22,405 bases of DNA from Candidatus Thorarchaeota archaeon (GCA_048884965.1 JBHLQH010000044.1:1-22405), one strand, 5' to 3'; positions 8,430 to 16,872 are shown, counted from the stretch's first letter. Numbers and translations are program-made. The notes: generated by a model from the letters alone, not told the origin.

Positions 8430-9203
8430 GTGAGTATCGTAAAATCACAAAACGAATTGGAAATCCGCCGAAAGCACTTTGAGAAGGGGTTTGTTCTTAG
8501 TGATATCTCATTGCTATCTGTAATGTTCACAACAACTGAGGAATTTATTAGAAATGTTCTACCCAAGCCATTAGAAGTGGGAGATCTTCTAAGTGCCTCA
8601 GCATACATTGCAGAATTCAAAGGCTCGAGTTTTTGCCCTCCATACAATGAGGCTGCAATCTTCATTTCAGCCAAATTTGATGATGAATCAGGATATCATT
8701 GTCTATCGATGCCAGTGACAAACGATATCGCAATGTTGGGGGGTAGGGAGATTTATGGGTACCCGAAAAAGATGGCAGAAAAAATAGAGATTACACGTGA
8801 GGGAAATCGGATTTCAGGAACTTGCATACGTCGGGGTGTTCCAATAATTAGCATTGTTGGTGAACTCGCAACTCCTTTAGAAGAGCAGATCAGACCAGAG
8901 CCTCATTTCTTAGTCAAGTCAATTGCTGATGAACTGGGACTAAGCATGTCACCTAAACCGCTCTTAGTTAGACAGCAATCGGAGATTCTTGAGAATGGTA
9001 CCACGATTATCGGCGACGGCGAAGTAAGCTTCGGAAAATCCATTCATGATCCATTCCATGAAATTCCAGTAACGCAAGTATTCATGATTTCCTACACAGA
9101 AGGTATGACACTCAGGATGCCTCCTGGAAAGATTCTTGCAGAGCTGGATGCAAAGGAATACACACCTCATTCCCTAATCAAATATGACTGGGATTTGAAT
9201 TAG
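8430..9203 (+). CDS. Acetoacetate decarboxylase (ADC) family protein
   Basis: LPKPL, PYNEAAI and the Schiff-base lysine motif GREIYGYPKK. GTG start after AGGAG. Confidence 0.85.
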   Translation: MSIVKSQNELEIRRKHFEKGFVLSDISLLSVMFTTTEEFIRNVLPKPLEVGDLLSASAYIAEFKGSSFCPPYNEAAIFISAKFDDESGYHCLSMPVTNDIAMLGGREIYGYPKKMAEKIEITREGNRISGTCIRRGVPIISIVGELATPLEEQIRPEPHFLVKSIADELGLSMSPKPLLVRQQSEILENGTTIIGDGEVSFGKSIHDPFHEIPVTQVFMISYTEGMTLRMPPGKILAELDAKEYTPHSLIKYDWDLN

Positions 9204-9238
9204 GATTCCTTTCATTGTACTTGAATTGCATACGGTTT

Positions 9239-10054
9239 TCATTTCTGTTGAGGAGACTCTATCCAGAAGAATACATCATAGGGTTTCGGATTAGTGTAAC
9301 CCAACTTGAGAGCCAATTTCACAGAAACTGGATTTGCAGCATCCCATTGAGGAACATAGCCTAGTTTTAGACCATGCTCAATGAGTGCAGCGCAAACTAT
9401 AGTTGCAAGTCCTCTTTTCCGATATCTCTCTGAATTTATCGTGTTGACCTGAATCTCAAAATCCTTTTCGAATGGAAAACAGGAATAAGCCATGCTAACA
9501 ATTTTTCCCTCGTGTCTGATGCAATAGCCAAACCCTTGCTCTAGATACTCATCAAATGATTCAAAGAAGAGATTGAGAGTTTCTAGCATAGAAGGATCTG
9601 CATTCTGTAATGTGTTAATATCAATGCGTTCAAGTGAATACTCAGATGATAGACTTTCCTTCAGACACTCCAATTGCTTGATATCAAGGTAGCTTGCATC
9701 CATTCTCGTTCTTTGTTGGACTTTGGTCTTATCACCCCATGTGGATCTCACAAGAGTTGCCCAAGATCTATCGGGAACAAAGAGCATATTCAATGATGGA
9801 AAATCTCTGATAACATGAATCGCTTCATATGATTGTGAGTCACCTGCAATGAAGTTCATGATTGAGATGGTGAATAAGCCAACCCTAGGTGTAGACATCG
9901 AATCCACGTGAATTGTCCCCAAGCCCATGCGTATCCAAGGCATGAGCATGGTGCCAACTAATTCGTGTGAAGCGAAGAGATCGTACAGAGGAGTACGATC
10001 ATTCGAAGTCCATACAATCATTTCTCGAACCATTTGTTTCAGTTTCCAACTCAT
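9239..10054 (-). CDS. GNAT family N-acetyltransferase
   Basis: Acetyl-CoA motif YRKRGLA, plus FEIQVNT and WDAANPVSVKLALKLGY. Confidence 0.85.
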   Translation of the reverse strand: MSWKLKQMVREMIVWTSNDRTPLYDLFASHELVGTMLMPWIRMGLGTIHVDSMSTPRVGLFTISIMNFIAGDSQSYEAIHVIRDFPSLNMLFVPDRSWATLVRSTWGDKTKVQQRTRMDASYLDIKQLECLKESLSSEYSLERIDINTLQNADPSMLETLNLFFESFDEYLEQGFGYCIRHEGKIVSMAYSCFPFEKDFEIQVNTINSERYRKRGLATIVCAALIEHGLKLGYVPQWDAANPVSVKLALKLGYTNPKPYDVFFWIESPQQK

Positions 10055-10199
10055 CTAATAATCCTTCTAATAATAGCAGATAGACAAGGTTAGGTCAAAC
10101 TATGCATCATACTGCTTTCTTCCAGACCTTTAAGTATCATAATACCGAATATTTCATAGTTGACACCTATAGAGAATTTGAGATTGAGGAGATTTCTAA

Positions 10200-11078
10200 A
10201 TGCCTGAAATATCATGTATGAAAGGTGTGCGTTTCGCCTTCGTAGGATTACTTATTGTTCTACAGCTCTCAGTTCCTATTTCGACAGCGCTAGTCCTTCA
10301 TGTGGAAAACCAGACAACGTTGAATACGCCCATCAGAGAACCTGATGCTCCGCAATGGACAGAGGTTCCCCAGAATGTTACGCTAGAATATGGTAGTCGG
10401 TTCAGTATGACCGTTAATATCACGGGAACCGCTGCCGCATGGGCAATTAGTGATGAACAGAATTTCAAAATAACTTGGCACTGGGGTTCAACATTTGCAT
10501 CAATCAAGGACACCCATATTCTTGAGATAGGTGTCTACTTTCTAAGAATCTATGTTTGGGATGAAGAATATAACGGAAGAACTGCGGATATCTGGATTAC
10601 TGTTGTGGATTCCCATTTTCCCAGCATTGATGGACCTGGGAATATTGAATTCGTTCAGGGATCGAACAGAACGAGGACCTTCACTTGGCATGCCTCAGAT
10701 GCTAATCCCATTTCCTATCTAATTACTCTGAATGGAGGTTTAGTCGATCAAGGAGAATGGAACGATGAACAAAAAGATTTCATCATCAACATCGGACATC
10801 TTAGGGAAGGAACCTACACATATGAATTGGAACTGCAGGACATAGGAGGAAACATTGCTTCCAATATAGTCAGTGTACATGTTCTCTCTGATGGCAACGA
10901 TCCAATAAAACCCTCCAATGATTACCTAGTCAATAGGAATGCAGAAAGGTATGTCTACATCGATCCTCCAAATGTCTTATTTATTGAAATCTTCGCCATT
11001 TTCGTTCTGAGTGGTCTTGTAGGATTAGTTATGGTTTCTGCAGTAGCAGGAAAGGCACATGAGTTTGGCTTCAATTAA
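10200..11078 (+). CDS. Cell-surface Ig-like beta-sandwich protein with signal peptide and C-terminal TM anchor
   Basis: Hydrophobic N-terminus, two beta-rich domains (GVYFLRIYVWD; WHASDANPISY...GTYTYELELQDIGGN), C-terminal TM helix and a GAGGAG SD. Confidence 0.7.
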   Translation: MPEISCMKGVRFAFVGLLIVLQLSVPISTALVLHVENQTTLNTPIREPDAPQWTEVPQNVTLEYGSRFSMTVNITGTAAAWAISDEQNFKITWHWGSTFASIKDTHILEIGVYFLRIYVWDEEYNGRTADIWITVVDSHFPSIDGPGNIEFVQGSNRTRTFTWHASDANPISYLITLNGGLVDQGEWNDEQKDFIINIGHLREGTYTYELELQDIGGNIASNIVSVHVLSDGNDPIKPSNDYLVNRNAERYVYIDPPNVLFIEIFAIFVLSGLVGLVMVSAVAGKAHEFGFN

Positions 11079-11524
11079 CTAAGCGGATTCGTTGTATACC
11101 TCGGTACATTATTCTTAAACCACTCAGGTACCTTGGCACAATCCACCTTATCAGAGAATGGCATATAGGGTTTAATATCTACTACTGGTGTTCCATCCTT
11201 TGCATCAATCTGGTCCAAATAGATCCGATGTTGATCAGCATCAAGTTGTCGGATTCTAACGGTGGTCATGCCAATAGGAGTAGGACGTGCTGGGGACCTA
11301 CTGGCAAAAACACCAGAGAGACCAGCATCTTCCACCGGAGGATAATCCTGTAAGTTTGACCGATCAGAAGGATTATCACGCCCAGTAATCCACCACAGAA
11401 CAATGATATGTGAGAACATGTCCATTGCTAATGTTGCATCCCAGTAATTCTCTTCGATTTCTATGAAAATCTGACCGTTCTCTGGTTTCTTTACATACCC
11501 CACAGCTGTTGCTTTCATCTCCAT
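11075..11524 (-). CDS. trmO: TrmO/TsaA (YaeB)-like SAM-binding methyltransferase
   Basis: FSHIIVLWW, GVFASRSPARPTPIG and DAKDGTPVVDIKPY motifs; AGGTGA SD. The tRNA-methyltransferase activity itself is not verified. Confidence 0.8.
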   Translation of the reverse strand: MEMKATAVGYVKKPENGQIFIEIEENYWDATLAMDMFSHIIVLWWITGRDNPSDRSNLQDYPPVEDAGLSGVFASRSPARPTPIGMTTVRIRQLDADQHRIYLDQIDAKDGTPVVDIKPYMPFSDKVDCAKVPEWFKNNVPRYTTNPLS

Positions 11525-11533
11525 CTATGTCAC

Positions 11534-12022
11534 CTAGGTCCACTTGATTGGGGAAATCCCATATTGCCTAGAAATTAGTGCAAGCTCACCAAGATGATGT
11601 TGATTATGCCGCAAGAGATAAAGATGCTTCTCGAAAACATTGCCAAACCAATCAAAGCCATCCTGATTAGCTAGTTTCTCGTCGGTCATTGTTTCATAGA
11701 GGGCATCGAGAGAATGTTGAATATCAACAAGGTAATGCAATACCTTCTCTTTAGTGATAAGAGGAAGAATATCCTTCTCCTTATCCTTGGTGTACTCATA
11801 ATCAAAACCTGCTCGAGAACCCCACTTCATATCATTGGGATTACTTGCAAGATAGAATTCCATTGTCTCAAGAATATGATACAACGATAAAGAATAGTAC
11901 CACCCTTTTGTACTCCAGTGCCAATACTCATCCGGGATGCTATCGACTGCCTGTCGCAGCATCTTGAGAGAAGCATCGAACTGCCGCTTTAGATACTTGT
12001 GCGATTTCAGAAGCAAAGACAT
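11534..12022 (-). CDS. DinB/YfiT superfamily four-helix protein
   Basis: Pattern L..AVDSIPDEYW...YHIL...RHNQHHLGEL (His metal triad). ATG 12022 follows GGTGA; alternative start TTG 12037. Confidence 0.8.
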   Translation of the reverse strand: MSLLLKSHKYLKRQFDASLKMLRQAVDSIPDEYWHWSTKGWYYSLSLYHILETMEFYLASNPNDMKWGSRAGFDYEYTKDKEKDILPLITKEKVLHYLVDIQHSLDALYETMTDEKLANQDGFDWFGNVFEKHLYLLRHNQHHLGELALISRQYGISPIKWT

Positions 12023-12079
12023 GGCGACCATCACCAACTATGATAGCCATGCCATGCCTTATGAACTGTTATCTCTCGA

Positions 12080-12205
12080 TTAAACGATCCACGGATAATC
12101 AGGAAGTTCTCCGGAGTCGGAGGAATTCGACGTAGTACACGGAACTTGACAAGAATAGAATTCGTTCTTCTGAAGAACTACTCTTTTCGTACAGTCTTCT
12201 ACCAA
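12080..12205 (-). CDS. Unannotated 41-aa Cys-containing ORF (MVEDCTKRVVLQKNEFYSCQVPCTTSNSSDSGELPDYPWIV), in frame with arsM
   Basis: Translated by hand. GAGGTGA SD at 12216-12210 overlaps the arsM stop, TTG at 12205, TAA at 12082-12080. Confidence 0.45.
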   Translation of the reverse strand: MVEDCTKRVVLQKNEFYSCQVPCTTSNSSDSGELPDYPWIV

Positions 12206-12214
12206 ACAATCACC

Positions 12215-13024
12215 TCACGCGGGTTTGATCGCGGATATTCTTGCACTGGACGCGATACCATAGCCGACTTTCTCAACAACATGGGCATCAATGAATCCAG
12301 CATCTTTCATTTTCTGGAGATAGTCATGCTCAGGGATGGCTCCACCAATACATCCAGTGTAGTTCGCAATATCGTTCCTAATTTCATCTGTTAGTTCTCT
12401 GTTCAGAACAACATCAGATACCATTACACGCCCCCCAGGTTTCAGAACACGAAACGCTTCTCTGAACACCTTCGCCTTATCGGGGGCTAGATTGATGACA
12501 CAATTGCTGATGATAACATCAACGCTGTTATCTTCAACGGGTAGATCCTCAATGTCACCTTCTCTGAACTCAATATTGCTCATTCCCATCTCTTCAGCAT
12601 TCTTCCTTGCTTTCTCTAACATCTCGGGAGTCATATCAACTCCAATTACTTTACCAGTCGGACCGACCTTTTGTGCTGCGAAATAGGCATCGAGTCCAGC
12701 CCCACTACCGAGATCTAGTACTGTCTCACCCTCATTCAAGCTTGCCAAAGCAATTGGGTTTCCACACCCTCCGTAGGACTCTGTCATTGAACTAGGTAGA
12801 CCTTCAATCGAGTAGCCATATTCCTTCATCTTTGCCATCTGATACTCATCAATCGATGGTCCGCAGCCCCCACTTGTTCCACAGCCGCTGGTTGTTGATG
12901 ATTGAGGACCACAACAACTTGAAGTGGTGGGAGTAGAAGCCTTACGTTTCGCCAAAGATGCATATGCATCCTGTACTGCATCTTTAATCTCACCAGGAGA
13001 CATTTCAGTTACTTTCTTCGTCAT
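12215..13024 (-). CDS. arsM: Arsenite S-adenosylmethionine methyltransferase
   Basis: SSCCG, GCGNP, LDLGSGAGLD, ISNCVINL, TGCIGGA and C-terminal SARISAIKP, so all four characteristic Cys positions are present. ATG 13024 follows AGGTG. Confidence 0.92.
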   Translation of the reverse strand: MTKKVTEMSPGEIKDAVQDAYASLAKRKASTPTTSSCCGPQSSTTSGCGTSGGCGPSIDEYQMAKMKEYGYSIEGLPSSMTESYGGCGNPIALASLNEGETVLDLGSGAGLDAYFAAQKVGPTGKVIGVDMTPEMLEKARKNAEEMGMSNIEFREGDIEDLPVEDNSVDVIISNCVINLAPDKAKVFREAFRVLKPGGRVMVSDVVLNRELTDEIRNDIANYTGCIGGAIPEHDYLQKMKDAGFIDAHVVEKVGYGIASSARISAIKPA

Positions 13025-13030
13025 TGGTTC

Positions 13031-13090
13031 ACACCTATATCGGGTGTCCAATTATAGGACATCCAATATTGGATGTCAGATACATTTAAA
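13031..13090. promoter_or_regulatory. Array of overlapping palindromic operators plus a symmetric TATA between arsM and padR
   Basis: Perfect 20-bp palindrome GACATCCAATATTGGATGTC (13058-13077), TGTCC-N7-GGACA (13045-13061), ACACC-N7-GGTGT (13031-13047) and TTTAAA (13085-13090). Confidence 0.7.
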
Positions 13091-13113
13091 GGTATTGGCG
13101 AGAGTAATATCAC

Positions 13114-13482
13114 ATGAATGATACAAGCGAAGAGCCTCAATGTTGCCCACCCGATTGCTGTGATATGAGAGGATTTCTTACCTTTCAAATCATGTGGGAG
13201 CTTAGAAATGGAAAACTTAACGGCCAACAGATCGCAGACAAAATCTGGCAACGTCGGGGAGGTAATCGTCCAACCCCAGGCACTATCTATCCAGCATTGA
13301 AGGATCTTAAAGAAAGGAACCTGATCCACGGAGAAAAGGAAGGGAATCAAGTTGTCTATCACTTAACCAAGGAAGGAGTCAGTGGTCTAGAAGAAGCAGC
13401 TCGATACTTCTATCAGGCTTTTGGTGACATTGTTGAGGAATCAAAGAAGATAGTCATTCGTATCGGTGACTGTGGCTGCTAG
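13114..13482 (+). CDS. PadR family transcriptional regulator with Cys-rich termini
   Basis: GFLTFQIMWEL, PTPGTIYPALKDL and YHLTKEG wHTH motifs; N-terminal CCPPDCC and C-terminal CGC. Confidence 0.88.
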   Translation: MNDTSEEPQCCPPDCCDMRGFLTFQIMWELRNGKLNGQQIADKIWQRRGGNRPTPGTIYPALKDLKERNLIHGEKEGNQVVYHLTKEGVSGLEEAARYFYQAFGDIVEESKKIVIRIGDCGC

Positions 13483-13695
13483 TTGCGTGCATTTTAGATT
13501 TTGTATAGCGATCTGATTTCAAGTATAGCTACTTCTTACAGTAGTCGCGTTAATGAGAGTCGTCCCATATGATTTCAAAATAATCACAATGTATGCAGAA
13601 GCTTTGGTCATTCCGAACCGGGCGGGTTTCTTCGAAATTTGTGAGGAGGGACAGCCTTATTTTGGGGATAGGCGTATCTCTAATCGGTGCCATCG

Positions 13696-13983
13696 ATGCG
13701 GATCAAGGCAGTTCTTAGAGATAACGAGATTCTTGCACTAGAGGCAGGGAGTAAGGAAAGAATCATAGCGACTTCCATGAAGAATCTTGACAGGATAATA
13801 GGCCAATCAAGTCTGCTGAAGGTCATAGGCTTGGGAGCCGAAGACAGAATTACTCTGCTAGAAGTACTTGGTACTACTAAAATCCATGTATGGCTCGGAA
13901 AGGATGCTCAACAAGACATCATCTACCTAACACAGGATAGACTTCCGGAAGAATTACAATCCTTTGGATATCAATGGCAATAG
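13696..13983 (+). CDS. Hypothetical protein (95 aa)
   Basis: ORF MRIKAVLRD...GYQWQ with GGTG before ATG 13696; ends 2 nt from the convergent TPR gene. Confidence 0.65.
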   Translation: MRIKAVLRDNEILALEAGSKERIIATSMKNLDRIIGQSSLLKVIGLGAEDRITLLEVLGTTKIHVWLGKDAQQDIIYLTQDRLPEELQSFGYQWQ

Positions 13984-13985
13984 CA

Positions 13986-14726
13986 TTAAAGGTCAGCCAA
14001 AGCTTCTTGGAATACAGCGGCCATCTCTTTAGAAAGGGGAACCTTGAGTGTGACGTATCTATTCTGTAGGTCCTTCAACTCACCAGTGATCCTAGCAAGA
14101 TCCTCTTCCAGATCGTCTTTGTATCTTTCACTTTCCTCTGATGTTCCTGACATCATCTTCAGTTTCTTGAGTACGGAATACTGCTCGATGATATTCTTGC
14201 TGTATTCAAGGAGTCTTTCTTGACTCGTGGGATCATCAGCCAAATCAGAACCCAAATCATCTTCTAGCCTGGCCAGCACATATCTCAATGCATCATAGGC
14301 ATGGATGTCAGTCGGATACTCCTGTATGTGTTTACGAGCAGATAGTAGTGCTTTTTCCTCTTCATCATTGTCGAACCATAATCTGCATAGGTCGTCAAAG
14401 ACAATGTGAGCGTTTGGTCGTTTCTTAAGGAAAATTGTGAACAGGGTCTCAGCCTCATCGCATCTCAATGAGTTATCTAGTAAACGACCCAAGGAGGCGA
14501 CAGCTCTTTCGTGATAAGGATCCTGTTTGATGACTTTCCTTAGAATTGTTTCTGCTTTCGTATCATAACCTTGACGGGAGAGGATAATGGCAAGTTCGGT
14601 CTGTAAGCCGAGATGCTGCGGCTTTCGCTCCAATGCTTCTCGAACCATACGTTCAGCTTCTTCTTCTTCACAAAGAACGCATAGTTCCTCAGCTCTGTCT
14701 ATGATTTCGTCAGGGGACTTACTCAT
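13986..14726 (-). CDS. Tetratricopeptide-repeat protein
   Basis: Tandem repeats of about 34 aa (AERMVREALERKP, AETILRKVIKQDP, AETLFTIFLKKRP, ALLSARKHIQEYP). Start reassigned to ATG 14726 after GAGGA, removing the overlap with cysS. Confidence 0.78.
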   Translation of the reverse strand: MSKSPDEIIDRAEELCVLCEEEEAERMVREALERKPQHLGLQTELAIILSRQGYDTKAETILRKVIKQDPYHERAVASLGRLLDNSLRCDEAETLFTIFLKKRPNAHIVFDDLCRLWFDNDEEEKALLSARKHIQEYPTDIHAYDALRYVLARLEDDLGSDLADDPTSQERLLEYSKNIIEQYSVLKKLKMMSGTSEESERYKDDLEEDLARITGELKDLQNRYVTLKVPLSKEMAAVFQEALADL

Positions 14727-14850
14727 GATACAATCCTCTAGAAGCGTGCCTATCAAAGTCCTTATTTTAAGATTCGCTTCCCAAAACGAAGGCAATATTT
14801 GCAGACTCATTTTTATTTGAAGTCTGTTCAGAATTGAAGGGGAACAGAAT

Positions 14851-16287
14851 ATGCTAAAGCTGTATAACACTCTATCCCGGTCGAAAGAAGAATTCATACC
14901 ACTTGAAGAAAAACAGGTACGAATGTATGTCTGTGGTCCGACCGTTTACGATTACCCACACATAGGCAATGCCAGGTCATTTGCGGCATTTGATACGATT
15001 CGAAGATACTTCGAATACAAGGGATACCGAGTGTTCTATGTCACCAACTTCACTGATGTTGATGACAAGATGATCAATCGAGCCAATGAGGAAGGTATCA
15101 CTGTCCAAGATCTTGCAAGCAAGTTCATTACGGAATATCTACTGATAGCCAAACAACTGAACCTGAAGCCAGCTACAGTGAATCCCCGAGCAACTGAGCA
15201 TATTGATGATATCATCGAGATGGTCGAGCTCATTGTCAAACATGGCAAGGGCTACGAAGTTGATGGCGATATCTATTTCGATGTGAGTGAATGGAAACCC
15301 TATGGGGTTCTTACCAAGCTCTCCTCTGACGATCTCGAGGCAAGAGCCAGAGTAGAGGTTGATGAGAGGAAACAAGACCCTCGAGACTTTGCGTTATGGA
15401 AGGCTGAAAAACCTGGTGAGCCGTCTTGGGATAGTCCATGGGGAAAGGGGAGGCCGGGCTGGCACGCGGAATGTTCCGTCATGGGCAAGTACTATCTCGG
15501 ACTACCATTCGATATCCATGGTGGTGGACAGGACTTAACATTCCCTCATCATGAGAATGAGATTGCTCAATCTGCTGCAGCCTACGATGTCGAGGTGCCA
15601 GTAAAGTACTGGATGCATAATGGATTCCTTACCATCGATTCTGAGAAGATGTCCAAATCTGAAGGAAACTTCTTCACAGCCAGAGATGTCTTGGATAACT
15701 ATGACCATCAAGCGGTCAGACTTTATCTTGTATCAGGCCATTATCGACAACCATTGGATTACAACGCATCTGCAATCAAACAGGCAATCCAAACATTGGA
15801 GAGAATCAGAAATGCTGTTGATACTATAAGAGGTCGGATTCTCATCCTTGAAAGATCTAGTGGAAGAGTAACACCAGCTGATAACCAACTCAAGGAGGCA
15901 ATTGCAAAGCTTCGTGAAGGTTTCGAGCATGAGATGGATGATGACTTCAATACCCCTGGAGCCCTTGCTGAGATTTTCACGTTCATCAAATCAACAAACT
16001 CGTTGGTCCCAGAGGTGGGAAATGCAGCAGTTCTTAGAGAAGCCCTCGCTGCATTAATTGACCTAGTAGGAATCATCGGTATAGATCTTGAAGCGACAAG
16101 TTCTGCAAGACAGACTGATGAGTCATCTGAGAAACTCAAAGGAGCAGTTGAAATCCTTCTTGAGCTGAGAGAGAAAGCACGACAGAATAAAGATTGGGCA
16201 TCATCAGATCTCATCAGAGACAAGCTTGCAGAATTAGGGATTGTTGTACAAGACACCAAGGATGGCCCCACGTGGAAGATGAGTTAG
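14851..16287 (+). CDS. cysS: Cysteine--tRNA ligase (class I)
   Basis: MYVCGPTVY, HIGN, DFALWK, GRPGWHAEC, DIHGGG.DL.FPHHENE, KMSKS, DDDFNTP and SDLIRDKL motifs. Confidence 0.97.
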   Translation: MLKLYNTLSRSKEEFIPLEEKQVRMYVCGPTVYDYPHIGNARSFAAFDTIRRYFEYKGYRVFYVTNFTDVDDKMINRANEEGITVQDLASKFITEYLLIAKQLNLKPATVNPRATEHIDDIIEMVELIVKHGKGYEVDGDIYFDVSEWKPYGVLTKLSSDDLEARARVEVDERKQDPRDFALWKAEKPGEPSWDSPWGKGRPGWHAECSVMGKYYLGLPFDIHGGGQDLTFPHHENEIAQSAAAYDVEVPVKYWMHNGFLTIDSEKMSKSEGNFFTARDVLDNYDHQAVRLYLVSGHYRQPLDYNASAIKQAIQTLERIRNAVDTIRGRILILERSSGRVTPADNQLKEAIAKLREGFEHEMDDDFNTPGALAEIFTFIKSTNSLVPEVGNAAVLREALAALIDLVGIIGIDLEATSSARQTDESSEKLKGAVEILLELREKARQNKDWASSDLIRDKLAELGIVVQDTKDGPTWKMS

Positions 16288-16316
16288 CCAGACCAAACCA
16301 CGTAATTAAAATCATC

Positions 16317-16345
16317 AAGATGACACCTAATGTTGGTGTCATCTT
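16317..16345 (+). terminator. Perfect 11-bp inverted repeat after cysS (terminator or operator)
   Basis: AAGATGACACC-TAATGTT-GGTGTCATCTT, 29 nt after the cysS stop; only a short T-rich tail follows. Confidence 0.45.
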
Positions 16346-16427
16346 TCTAAAGATGTAGCATATAGGCCTATATTGCATACGACATACTGGATATGCAATC
16401 AAACTGTATCGAATGGTGTTACTGGAC

Positions 16428-16817
16428 ATGAAAGGAATAATCGTATTTGATGAAGGTGGAATACCTCTCGCATCAATCGGTTTTGAGAATATTCAGGTTA
16501 ATCCAGGTCTATTTTCATCATTCATGTCAGCTATGCAAGCTTTTGCAATGGGGATTTCAGGCGGGGAAGTCAAAGAGCTTGAGTATGGTAATGTACGGAT
16601 TCTATTGGGGAAAGCAAGAGATAACGATGTGATCACGATCCACTCCATTGTCGATAAGGATGCAGACTGGAATCATGCGACCGTGCTTGATCTTTTAGAG
16701 GGAAATCAGTATGCCTTGGATGATAACTTTCTGTCCCTACTCAAAGAGCTGCTTTCGGATGCTCGTGTTTCTATTGAAGAAGCCAAACGGGGAATAGATA
16801 GCATGGGTCTCTTCTAA
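16428..16817 (+). CDS. Longin/roadblock-like small domain protein
   Basis: Beta-beta-alpha-beta pattern GIIVFDEGGIPL...LFSSFMSAMQAFA...VKELEYGNVRILL, typical of longin-fold proteins. ATG 16428 follows GGTG; alternative start 16413. Confidence 0.65.
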   Translation: MKGIIVFDEGGIPLASIGFENIQVNPGLFSSFMSAMQAFAMGISGGEVKELEYGNVRILLGKARDNDVITIHSIVDKDADWNHATVLDLLEGNQYALDDNFLSLLKELLSDARVSIEEAKRGIDSMGLF

Positions 16818-16872
16818 GATAGAAAAAGCGATTAGGCTTTGCACAGATTGAGTCATTCATGGGGGACTTGTA

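Noticed and set aside
13553-13741. 62-aa ORF with a CHRCG zinc-knuckle-like motif
   Set aside because: Only one CxxC, and it falls in the overlap with the start of the better-supported gene at 13696; no clear SD.
14727-14897. N-terminal extension of the TPR ORF overlapping cysS head-to-head
   Set aside because: It spans the divergent promoter region; an SD-supported ATG at 14726 is the more plausible start.
15759-16271. 170-aa antisense ORF inside cysS, and other short nested ORFs in the track
   Set aside because: Ser-rich shadow frames of well-supported genes, with no recognisable motifs.
16311-16356. SECIS element after cysS
   Set aside because: The ATGA is Watson-Crick paired in the stem with no opposing GA quartet, and cysS has no in-frame UGA.
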